This document shows, piece by piece, positions 24,788 through 35,654 of a DNA stretch of 64,000 nucleotides. This stretch comes from Zancudomyces culisetae HAW-14-8 (lineage: Eukaryota > Fungi > Kickxellomycota): positions 4,030,001 to 4,094,000 of the forward strand of contig JBNJNM010000011.1 of NCBI GenBank assembly GCA_052426225.1, given 5' to 3'. Each line of letters starts with the position of its first letter. Position 1 is the stretch's first letter. A program made the translations under genes and the position numbers. Under the pieces are notes generated by a model that worked only from the letters and a program-made list of their open reading frames with translations, had not been told where the DNA came from and did no database searches.

Positions 24788-26230
24788 ATGTCTAGACCAG
24801 AGCATATATCGCCTCCAGAAATTGTAAGTATATAGAACACACGATTCGAATGCGCTATTAATTACGTTTTTATTTGAATTTCACTTTCAATTTAAAATGC
24901 ATTTCAACAAAGTTCTATCAAACCGAATACAAATAGTACTACAATGATGATATGGCAAAAAAATACACTGAGAAGTAAGTCAATACGTGTACAGTTACAT
25001 ATTTTAGCACTATTTTTTTCCATTCATTTGCAAATAAAACGTTAAATTTCTGACTATACACAAAAAATAATGACCTTATTAGTACTCGAATCACCACTAT
25101 ACAAGCTGAAATGAGTTTGAGAGCTGTTGAATTACTTTGCCTTCCAGAAGATCAAACTGCGTTCTTGTTGGATATTGGGTGTGGATCTGGTTTAAGCGGA
25201 GAGATACTTGAAGAAGAGGGCCACGTTTGGGTAGGCATGGATATCTCGAAATCAATGTTAGGTAAAAAATCTTTTTTTTATTTAATTTACTAAAATACCA
25301 TTTTTAATAGAAAGTAGTGACAAGTGTATTAAACGCAAAAACATCTTGATACAATTTAGATATTGCTGTTGACAAAGATTTGGAAGGCGATCTGTTTTTG
25401 CAGGATATAGGACAGGGAATGGGATTCAGACCAGGCACATTTGACGGAGCTATAAGGTATTACACCGACTATTCCCTTGTTACATGTATTTTTACTTTTT
25501 GCTACCCTCTCCTACCTGCGTTTGTTGGTATTGAGCAGCTTCGATAGGTGGGAGGAAGATTGCTATGTAATGAAATAATATTTGCATAAAGGCATTAAAA
25601 TACGATAAATTACAACTTTCAATAGTATTTCAGTTATTCAATGGCTATGCAATGCAGACAAAACTATAAACAATCCTAGAAAGAGATTAAAGCGCTTTTT
25701 TACCACTCTGTTTATTGCACTTCGAAGAGGAGCACGTGCAGTATTCCAATTCTATCCAGAGAACGACGATCAAATAAACATGATTATGGAAAGCGCTACA
25801 GTGTGCGGATTTACTGGTGGTGTAGTAATTGATTATCCAAATTCCAAGAAGGCCAAAAAGTACTACCTATGTTTATTTGCTGGAAGTTCTGGCGGCCACA
25901 ATGGTAAGGCTAATGGTGCAGCCAGTCATCAACAACTTCCACAGGGGTTGACCGGTGAACACGAAAACACTGTCGAGAACTCGAATTCCAATTCTCGGTT
26001 CAATGGCTTTTCAAAGTAAGTTATTTTTCTGTTTCGAATATTGCTTTCAGCTGAAATTTGTATTAAAACCCATGATCGATGTGTAAAATAGAGGCAAAAA
26101 GGGTAAAAGGGTTTCAGTCAAATCCAAAGATTGGATTCTCCACAAAAAGGACATTCAGAGGAAAAAAGGTGAAAAGCCTGTTCCTCGTGATTCAAAATAT
26201 ACTGGAAGAAAAAGACGAACCGCTTTTTAA
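24788..26230 (+). CDS. BUD23: 18S rRNA m7G methyltransferase Bud23/WBSCR22; 6 exons
   Basis: [12 protein letters not shown]|[78 protein letters not shown]. Confidence 0.96.
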
Positions 26231-29094
26231 TGGTTTCCATCATTTCCCCATCTCTTTATTTTTTAAGATATGATTATTGTTTCATCGATTGATCCACTGT
26301 TGTTGTAAATATTAAGATAGTTTAATCCTCCTATATCTACTTTTTTTTTATAGAAAAAAGAGTGAATACATTACTAAACATAAATTGTATATGCCAATAT
26401 CACTACATTTCACTATCATTAATATGAAATTCAGTTATAATAGCACATTTGATAATACCCTTCTCTTTTACTCAAAGTTTGATTACAACACTATGGTTTT
26501 CGTGCAGCTATTTCATAAACCATGAGGAAAAAACATCAAGCAGAAACAAATATGACTATACAATTGTCTGGGCACTATTTGATAGAGACCTTGTTCACTT
26601 AAACACATTCTTCATAGTGTAGATTATCATCTATGAAGGAGCTAATTCCAGACAAGCAATCAGCCTCATACCTGAGTGCTCCATTTTAAACAGCGCACAG
26701 ACAACAGTCGGAGCACAAATTGAGCTAAAATAGTGATTCCATCATGGTGTTAGAGCTTTTATCGCGCGTTTCATGTATGTTTATATTGTCTTGTGGTTCT
26801 TTTTTATCAAGTCTTGTACTGTTTTGTCTAATTTTTAATCTTCATCCCCTGCTACACTGATAAACAAAACAAAACAAAACAAAACAGACTGATGTCTATT
26901 TCACACATGTAACCACACAATTCGCACATTGCTATTGAAGTATTATGAATACTTGTTGCATTGAGAATTCAGAGCTCACTCTCTTCGTTTTTGTTTTAGA
27001 ATCTCTCAAAAAACTATGCTTCAAGAGCTGTTAAATAGTGCCTACTTCATGGTGATACAGCCAGTTTGCCGATTTTATTTGTTCGATAAGCTTTATATTA
27101 ATTTAGATAAAGATTTTTTACCGAATAGAATAGCTGCGATAATCGATCCACCCCTCCAATAATTTTAACGTCTTGTGATAACAAAAATTGGGGGGTAACA
27201 CAAGTGCAATTTAAAATAGAACAAAATCTCGCTCTAAAAGCACTGCACAAGGAAAACAGGTCAATTAAAAAGTTTTCTCGTTCAAATTACCAAACCCAAT
27301 GCCGATAATTTGCCCAAATTCACAGGCTTCGAGGTCATTTTGCCTCTAAATAAACGATCTGAAAGCGTGGTTATATCACTGAATAGTCGCAGTTTTCTCC
27401 CCTTTCCCCTCCCCCCCAATATTTTGGGTCGTTATATTTGGAATTGTGAGAAAAAAAATGTAGCATAATCCAAAAACAGGGAGCTAGGTATAAAAACAAT
27501 TGCAACAAGGCGAAAAAAAGCAAATGTCATGTGATTGACGACATGATACCAGCACATTCACAGACCACCATACCAACAATCACTTGTCAAGTAAATATAG
27601 TACTACTGGATAAGACGAAAGGAACAGGTATAATTTACAAAGCAAAAAGTTTTTTTTTGTTTTAAGCTATCTAACCATTCTTACTCGTGGAAACTTCATT
27701 ATCAGTGCAGTGATTTGTCTCATTAGATAATCATGTTTAAGCTATATTTGTGGTAGATGCCCCCAGCACTAAAAATATTACCCTTGTATATTCGCATCCA
27801 TATATTCGTTGTTTTATTTTGTGTTTTAGCCATCGTATTCATTTCTTCCTATAGTTTTATTTCTATTATGTAACACATCAAACTCCTTAAAGTTTATAAA
27901 CTTTTTTCTCCAATAGTTTTTTTGATAACCACTCCCCTCCCCTTCTTATGCATTCACTTGTCCATTCCCCCGTACTGGTGCTGCTTTTGTTCACTTTCTA
28001 GTTCCTGATATCCTACACACCGTATTTGACCTACTCTAGACTTGCAGGACAAAAAAATAAAGTCACAAGTGCCAAACTAAAGGGAAAATGGGCGTGACAA
28101 CTAAGTAAAAAAACCTCGAGATGAATTTTAGGATAGTTTGGTTAGATGCTTCATGACTATGGTAAAAAAATAATGAAGTGAGAGAGGAGAGAAACAATCT
28201 CATGTCACATACACCACCTTAAAACCAAAATCTATACACCCCCTTGTTGTATTCAACATCATTTTGCAATTTATCTTTACACCACCTACTTGAGCAATGA
28301 TTGAATACAGTTACTTGAAATTTTTGAAAGCAAATCACAAAATTTCAAAATAGTATCAATAAAAACCCGCAAACAAATTTTAAAGACTGGGTATGTACAT
28401 ATAAAAGCTAATATCCAAAACCGACTTGCTCTATTTCAAAGTTACTCTTAACAAAGTATCAAAAAACCCAAAAACTAGTTGTTATATCTCTGCAGCTTTT
28501 ATTATTATTACAAATAATACTTTATAATTTTACACCAACCGGCGGTATAGTTTTTTTTTCAAGCGTACTTGTCAACCACGACAGCGAATTGATGTAAGAA
28601 CTCACCATTAGCTATTTTGCATAGATGGGAACGTAAAAACTTAGTATGCATTTAAGGGAATGGTATCAGTATTTATGCGTTGGTGGTTAGCTGAAAACTA
28701 TAAAAACCTGCAAGATATATAATAAAGGCACAGTCTAACATATATACTCTTTTTGAATGATGTGTATGTACATAGAGCAGTAAGACAAGCTAGAGGCCTT
28801 TTACAAAACTTAAAAATTTTGTATCATCCTCGGTGCGTTATTATTGGAAAGGGATCTTCATAGACACCACCTCAGACATAACTGTATTATTTAGAGCCAC
28901 TTTATTTTCTGTTGGTGTCTTTTTCTTTAGATATTTATTAGTTGGGGAGAAAATATTTCTTTGAGGTATTAGATAGCTAATATCAGAATTCTGTATACTT
29001 TAATTCACTGTAAATAAGGAGGAATTGTGCTAGAGCACCGCGAAAACGTCTAAACAATTTATACCGAAACAAAAAAAATAATAAGATACAAACC

Positions 29095-31023
29095 ATGGAG
29101 ACCTGTGGCAGGAAGATAAGCGATCTTACATACCTTGACAACGCAAAAAATGTTCCGAAGTTACCCGTTCCAACACTAGAAGAAACAGTTGAGCGACTTT
29201 TGAAATCAATAAAACCACTTTTCTCGGAAGAAGAATATGAGGAATGCAAAGAAAAGGCGGAACATCTTCTTGACCCGACCAAGAGCATCGGAAGGACACT
29301 ACAAAGAAGGTTAGAAGAAAGAGCAAGTGATCCAAACATTGTATCATGGGCCGAGGAGTGGTGGAATGATGTGGCATATTTTCAAAACAGACAATCCCTA
29401 TGCTTTTATGTCAACTACTTTTTTGCATTTAGAGATATCAAGGTTGTTGATGGGAACAGTGGTCAGCAAATACGACCGGCACAAACTAAACTTGCCGCCG
29501 TGTTGCTTAGGAGCATTTTAGAGTATAGACAAGAAATTATCGATGGAACTTTTAAGACCGATACCGTGCGTGAAAAGATTCTTTGTATGAAGCAATTTAT
29601 GTATCAATTTGGTGGCTGCAGAATACCAGGAGAAAAGGTAGACACGACCAAAATATATCCATTTGAGGAGAGTAAACACATTGCGGTGTCACACAAGGGA
29701 AAGTTTTACACACTTGACCCATATAATGAAGATGGAAGCATAAAGCCGATCGATCAACTGGAACATATGCTTCTAGCACTAGTAACCCGGGACAAATCAT
29801 ACGAGCCAGTAAGAGGAAAATCTATTGGAGTTTTAAGCACACTGAAACGTGGAGATTGGTATCGTGCTAGAAAAACTTTATTGTCTGTGTCAGAAAAAAA
29901 CAAAAAATCACTAAAAATGCTAGAATCATCTGCATTTTTGTTATCTTTAGATTCGAATACACCCGAGACATATGACGAGCTTGCAAATGCTTGCTATCAC
30001 TCGGATGGAATCAATGGCTACTTTGATAAATGTTTTCAACTTCTAGTCTTTAAAAACGGCCGTTATGGGTTTAATGGTGAGCATTCGCTGACAGATGGGA
30101 CAACTGATGTTAGGCTTGCAAATCATATTGTAACATTTGCTGAAGACTACTTTACACAGAATGAATATATGGTGGAATCGGAGTCTTCAGGTAATCTCAA
30201 AGTTCAACCCACCGAGCTCGAATTCGATTTGAACGATATGCTAAAGAGATATATTAAAAGAGCTGTAACATATTTTGATCATCAGGTATTTAGACAAGAA
30301 ATGTCTGTGCTTCGATTTGAAGATTTTGGAAAAGAAAGAATCAAGAAATTCAAAGTTAGCCCAGATGCATTTGTCCAAATGGCACTACAGCTTGCCTATT
30401 ACCGGCTTTATGATCAGTTTGTAGCTACCTACGAATCTGCATCTACGAGGGCATTTGCACACGGAAGGACTGAAACCTCACGATCAGTTTCAGAGGCAAG
30501 CGTTTCTTGGTGTATGAAAATGGTTTCTGGAGAGGACGAGCCGAAAGAAAACCAGGAAAAATTTATACTCGAAAAAGCAACATTATTAAGGGACGCCATC
30601 AAGTATCAGTCCACCTACACTGCAGCTGCAGCACAAGGTCGTGGTGTTGATAGACACTTTATGGGTTTGCGCCACTGCGTTCGTCAGGGTGAACAACTTC
30701 CAGAGTTGTTTTTTGATGAGACTTTTAATGCTTCGAGCTATTGGCAGCTTTCAACTTCTCAAATAAGCGAAGAGAGGATGATTGGCTATGGCTGGGGACA
30801 GGTTGTAAACGATGGGTTTGGTATTGCCTATATGGTTCAATCGAACAACCTCCATTTCAATGTGTGCAGTGCCCATCTGGGATCGAAGAAAATGTGCGAA
30901 TCCATTCGCCAGTCTCTAGTTGATATGGAATCACTGCTTTTAGAGGAGGCAAGGATTCTAAGCAAGGGAGAGGAGGAGAGCCTTTGTAACGGTTTGGGGT
31001 CGGCAAAGCTGAACGACAAGTAG
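29095..31023 (+). CDS. Carnitine O-acetyltransferase (Cat2/CrAT family)
   Basis: PKLPVPTLEET, FNGEHSLTDG (catalytic His), SPDAFVQMALQLAYY, TYESASTRAFAHGRTETSRS, GRGVDRH, LSTSQ, GWGQVVNDGFGIAY. Confidence 0.93.
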   Translation: METCGRKISDLTYLDNAKNVPKLPVPTLEETVERLLKSIKPLFSEEEYEECKEKAEHLLDPTKSIGRTLQRRLEERASDPNIVSWAEEWWNDVAYFQNRQSLCFYVNYFFAFRDIKVVDGNSGQQIRPAQTKLAAVLLRSILEYRQEIIDGTFKTDTVREKILCMKQFMYQFGGCRIPGEKVDTTKIYPFEESKHIAVSHKGKFYTLDPYNEDGSIKPIDQLEHMLLALVTRDKSYEPVRGKSIGVLSTLKRGDWYRARKTLLSVSEKNKKSLKMLESSAFLLSLDSNTPETYDELANACYHSDGINGYFDKCFQLLVFKNGRYGFNGEHSLTDGTTDVRLANHIVTFAEDYFTQNEYMVESESSGNLKVQPTELEFDLNDMLKRYIKRAVTYFDHQVFRQEMSVLRFEDFGKERIKKFKVSPDAFVQMALQLAYYRLYDQFVATYESASTRAFAHGRTETSRSVSEASVSWCMKMVSGEDEPKENQEKFILEKATLLRDAIKYQSTYTAAAAQGRGVDRHFMGLRHCVRQGEQLPELFFDETFNASSYWQLSTSQISEERMIGYGWGQVVNDGFGIAYMVQSNNLHFNVCSAHLGSKKMCESIRQSLVDMESLLLEEARILSKGEEESLCNGLGSAKLNDK

Positions 31024-31521
31024 TATGCATTGGTTGTTTCTAGATTATTCATTTTTAGCCACGTAATTATTTTGTTTTGTATTTCATTGATTTGTAGTTT
31101 CGATATATTTAATTTAATGGATGATAGCTGTAGCAATAAAATACCATAAATTCAAAAGTGTGTTTGATTCTTGCATTCCAGGTGAAAGAAGAAAATATGT
31201 TTGCATTGAACTTGTTAGTACAAGAGTGGATCCCCCCCTCTCCCTCGCGGAGTTATTTGAAATAGATGCACAACATCCATTGATTCAACGCATGGAGGTT
31301 ATAAATGAGGGGGAATGGCTAAATCGCCTTGCAAGGTTTTTAGTATATTTTGTGTTATTTTATTCAGCATATACAAATTAACAAAAACAGGAAAATAGCA
31401 GTTACTAGAGATACCAAATATAAGAAATAGCAAGATAATTCAAGGATAAAGCACCCCCCCCACCCTCTTCCAACGAATATTTACGATCCACAGGTTTTGA
31501 TATTTCGCTGCCTTGACAACA

Positions 31522-32539
31522 TCATCCTCTCTTTCTAGAAAGGCCGAAGGACCCACTTCCATATTTCTCTATATATTCCCCAGTGTCATTTTAGATATAA
31601 ACAACCAGATCCATGAAAGTGTGTATTGAAAAACAAATTAAGTCAAGAAATACTTACTTTTTCCTTCAATTTCGCCATTAATTTCACCCAGAGGCGTAAA
31701 GGTTGGTGTTAACGAAGCAGAAGAGGCTGCGTTTGATCTACAGACAATAAGGTAGTGTATTGATGTTTAATTTTATCACAAAATCACACCATCCCTCTTT
31801 TCTTTTAACATGGGATTCGCTACTTTTTGCTAAAAAGAAAATACTGATAAAGACATACCTCCTACTAGCTACTCTCCTCGAGTTAAGCCCCATACATTTA
31901 TCCATGTGTGACGCAAATCTCGATGAGGGATACTCACGTCTACAATTTGGACATGCAAGTGGCTCAGAGTTAAATGACTGGGGATCTTGACCAAAGATGT
32001 CCACACCAGGTAGATCAACTAGTTTGTATTTGTATTTTCAATATTTACCAAATCAGTAAAAATTACAACGCCGTTTTCGTAAAATTTATATCAAGTTACC
32101 GAATGTTCTGCATCTACTCCAAAGTAGTATAAGAATTGTAAGTGAAAAATAAGAACAAAAATAATATTCCATATTTGATATTTTTACATACTTAGTTAAA
32201 CAAAGGGGACAAGTAGACAGTGATTGTTTTGTTTCTCTGTGGCATTCAAATACTATTTCCATCGCCAAATCCTCGATTATCTGAGAAAATACCTCCTCAG
32301 TCTACGCAAAATAAATGGTGTGTTTAATAACGTTTGCTGACATCCTTTATGACTGTTAATAAAAGTGTTTGTGAGAAATAAACATCAGGATGAAAAATAC
32401 ATACCATTTCTGATTTGAAAAACTCATCCTGGTCGCCTTTCGAGTTTTGAGGCTCCAATTCTGCCAAGTACTTTTTAATGTTTTTTAGTCGTCTTATATG
32501 TTCATCGTAGGTAGATAGTAGTTTTTCTGATACCTCCAT
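31522..32539 (-). CDS. SGF11: SAGA deubiquitination-module subunit Sgf11/ATXN7L3; multi-exon, 3' end tentative
   Basis: IIEDLAMEIVFECHRETK, GVDIFGQ, and zinc finger CPNCRREYPSSRFASHMDKCMGLNSRRVASRR, with GT-AG introns between the segments. Confidence 0.85.
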
Positions 32540-32717
32540 TTTAGTGAATTGGTAGCTGAACACAGCTCATCTTTACTATACCTTTCGATTAATCGTAAGT
32601 CTCGAAGAAGAGCCAAAAAAACGTAGAATAGCTTTAGTAGTTGTGTAAATCGTTTTTTAAGCAAATGATGTTTTGATGTAAATAAATTTCAATAGCTCAT
32701 TTACGAATCCCTACCTA

Positions 32718-33117
32718 GTAATAAGTTTGAATATGCAACAAATGAGTTTCAATGGTATTTTCACCCTTCTTTTCATAAACTGGTTAAAACAACAACTAAA
32801 ATAAAAATCAGACCAATTCTGATATTAGCAAGTCAAATAAACACTATAACATCCACTCAATTATCAACTAATATTGATTCACCTATTTTTTGTCATCTCA
32901 TCAAATTAGCTGTGACACCAACACCAACACCAACACCAACACCAACACTAACACCAACACCAACACTAACTAACTCTATAGCCATTAATCATGTCCACTA
33001 CCCTAAGCCTACTAATTACTCTAAAACATCATGGTCAACAGTTTAGCAAAATGGTATCTATCAAGTTGAAACTGTGAGCATAGCCAAAATGCTAGCTACC
33101 AGCCTGAACCTTGTACT
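32718..33117 (+). repeat. Dispersed repeat, copy B (truncated, ~400 bp)
   Basis: Matches copy D from 63365 nearly base for base from GTAATA.GTTTGAATATGC and stops abruptly after CCTTGTACT. Confidence 0.95.
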
Positions 33118-34350
33118 AACTCTTTATTTGCATTTATATATCTAAAACTCTGCTGAATAAAGAGTTGCGCTGTTCTTCATCAAGATACAACCAAAAATTA
33201 CTCGATAAGAATATTATATTTGATGTTTCCTTATTGCTTTTACCTTTTGTTTCTAAATGTGTAATTATTGATAAGCAAAATATTGACTCCAACAATATTT
33301 CTTGCTCATACTCACTACAGAAACATACAATACATGTATGATAAAACAAAGGCTTTCTAAATGTGTGGCAAGATAGTAAGTGTGTATGATAGATAGCCAG
33401 GCTTCAGATTGGACTTTAAGCCCTGATACTATCGGGTTCTAGTGGTATTGGTATTGGTATTGGTATTGGTTTTTGTTTTTGTTTTCGTTTTTGTTTTCGT
33501 TTTTGTTTTTGTTTTTACATCCTTTTATCCTACAAGACTAGTTCGCTACAACACCATCTTATCGGCCTTCTTACTACTCAATAGTACATTTTCAACACTT
33601 TTCTTTTGATCACAGGCTATTGGAACTACAATTGTAAATGTCAGCTGATAAATACCAAGCACATGGAATGGGTGAAAGCCAGCCGAAATTGATGGGTGTG
33701 TATAGGCCCAGCACTCTCCTTGGCTTAATTGCCGTACAACGATTTCTAAAAGCCGTTTTTTACTTTTTCTTTTTTTAGCCCATATCAGCTAACTGAGTAA
33801 TAGCAGCTTGACAGCGAGTTTCGAATTTTGGTAATGGAAATATTTATTTCCCATCCCTGTTATTTGCAGTTTGTTTAAATATGCAACAAGGGCTTGTGAA
33901 TTTCTAAAAATATAACTTTGGCCTTTACCTCAATCTTGTTGATTTATTTGAAAGGCAAATCAAATCACAATGTTAATACCTGTGATGGTATCTTTTCTAT
34001 TGGAAATACGTTAATTGAGCAAATAAGAGGCAAATGTGTTGAAAAAAAACATCTAGATTATGGACTACTCTCTCTGCTAATGCTATTCGCCAAACATTAC
34101 TACTCCTTACCAACTATTTGCTGGGCTTCCAAAACAGAAAACTTCGCGAAAATTATATCGGTTTTTTTTGACGTGTTCTACTAAATGCTTTCTAGCTTCA
34201 AGATGGTGGCAAAAATAAACTACATTAAAAATCTCAGACTGATCTTGGTTTAAAAAATTTAAAGTTTTTACTTTTTTTTGTATAAAAGTACCATAGTTTA
34301 GTCTTCTTACTTTTAATTATTGAAGAGGTTCATAGTAAAGAATATCCAGA

Positions 34351-35239
34351 ATGTTCGATAGTACTCTAAAGCGAAAATACGTGGATTATGCCATGTACCA
34401 TAACAACACTTACAACAGAGCCATCCACTTGTTTTTTAACTCAATAGCAACACTATGCTTTTTGGGCTTTTTTACAGCTTCTGGTCCCCTGGTGGCGATG
34501 CCAAAGTGTCTGGAGCCGTATTCCGAACTTTTTCCAGGACAGAAAACTGACATAAACATGGCGATGATCATCGCTATTCTTTACATAGTATACGTCTTCT
34601 ACCATGAGCCTTTCCTTGCGGTAAGTATTTCCATTTTGGCCAGATGCAAATGTTTAAAATATATATATACATAAAAAGGAAAAGAAAAAAAAATATGACA
34701 TGCCCTTCTATTAAAACAGCATGGCCTCAACTGAATATGGATTTCATATTATAACAAATAGCTGCTTTTTGCACCTGTTTATTTAATGATGGTTGGGTGT
34801 CTTAGTTACTATGCCAGCAATGTGGATATGGCTTACCATCATTTTTACATTGCAATGATGTTTTCAAGATTAATGGATATACTGGGACACTACTATCTTG
34901 AGAAAAAAAAACCAGCTATTATGCATGGAAACATCGAAGGTGAGATTATATTTACTACGCTCTTGACTATCTTTATATTACTGTTTTCATCTAAACCCTC
35001 TTTACCTATTCTATTTGTTATCCACAACAATGATACTAACCAATTGTATATTTTCAATGACATTAGGTTTGTTCTTTGGCCTTATATATGACACTTTGGG
35101 TCTTTTGATGTATTTTGGTTACAGACAAGAGTTAAGATATGATCTTGAAGATTTGGTTGAGGAACGATTCGAGGAATTAGAAGAGGCTAGATTGGCTCAA
35201 ATCAAAAAACTTGAAAGCGAAATGAAAAAGGAAAAATAG
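34351..35239 (+). CDS. Mpo1/DUF962-family ER membrane dioxygenase-like protein; exons 34351-34620, 34762-34939, 35067-35239
   Basis: Y..YHNN..NRAIH and ILGHYYLEKKKPA His motifs, several TM segments, FGYRQEL near the C-terminus. Confidence 0.8.
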
Positions 35240-35654
35240 GCATTCGCTATCTATTTGTTTGGTGTTGAATGAATATGGGAGGGGGGGGAGGGGGGAGGGC
35301 GAATGTGGAGAAATATCTAAATTCCCCATTTCCGTCGCAGCCTGTCTTGGGTTTTTTTTCTTTGCTAGACTCTTTCACTATCACACATATAAAAGACTCT
35401 TCTTTTTTTTCTCTCTCATCTCACCACCACTACCAATACTACCCTTTACGTTTATGTTCCTTTTAATTTTTAGAATGTTTTATCTTTTAACGAGTTACTT
35501 GGAGTATGTGTGTATGCGATTATTTTCTCAATACTACTTGTTGTTTCAATAAATAGTTTTTAGTTTTTGTCTATGAACGGTATACTACACATAAAAGGCC
35601 TAAATAAAATAAAATAAAAAATAAAAGATTTCAGACACACGTGCACTCGTATAG

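Noticed and set aside
28536-28702. Imperfect inverted repeat (TATAGTTTT..AACCAC / GTGGTT..AAAACTATA)
   Set aside because: The arms need large gaps and rely on T/A runs; single copy, no TSD.
31440-31524. SGF11 TGA stop followed by TGT TGT and an open frame, as possible Sec readthrough
   Set aside because: Sgf11 is not a redox protein, the last exon is itself tentative, and no AUGA..AA..GA SECIS core was seen downstream.
33656-33727. Hairpin AAGCCA..TGGG..CCCA..TGGCTT as a SECIS, riboswitch or snoRNA
   Set aside because: Short stems, and no SECIS core, TPP motif or snoRNA boxes.
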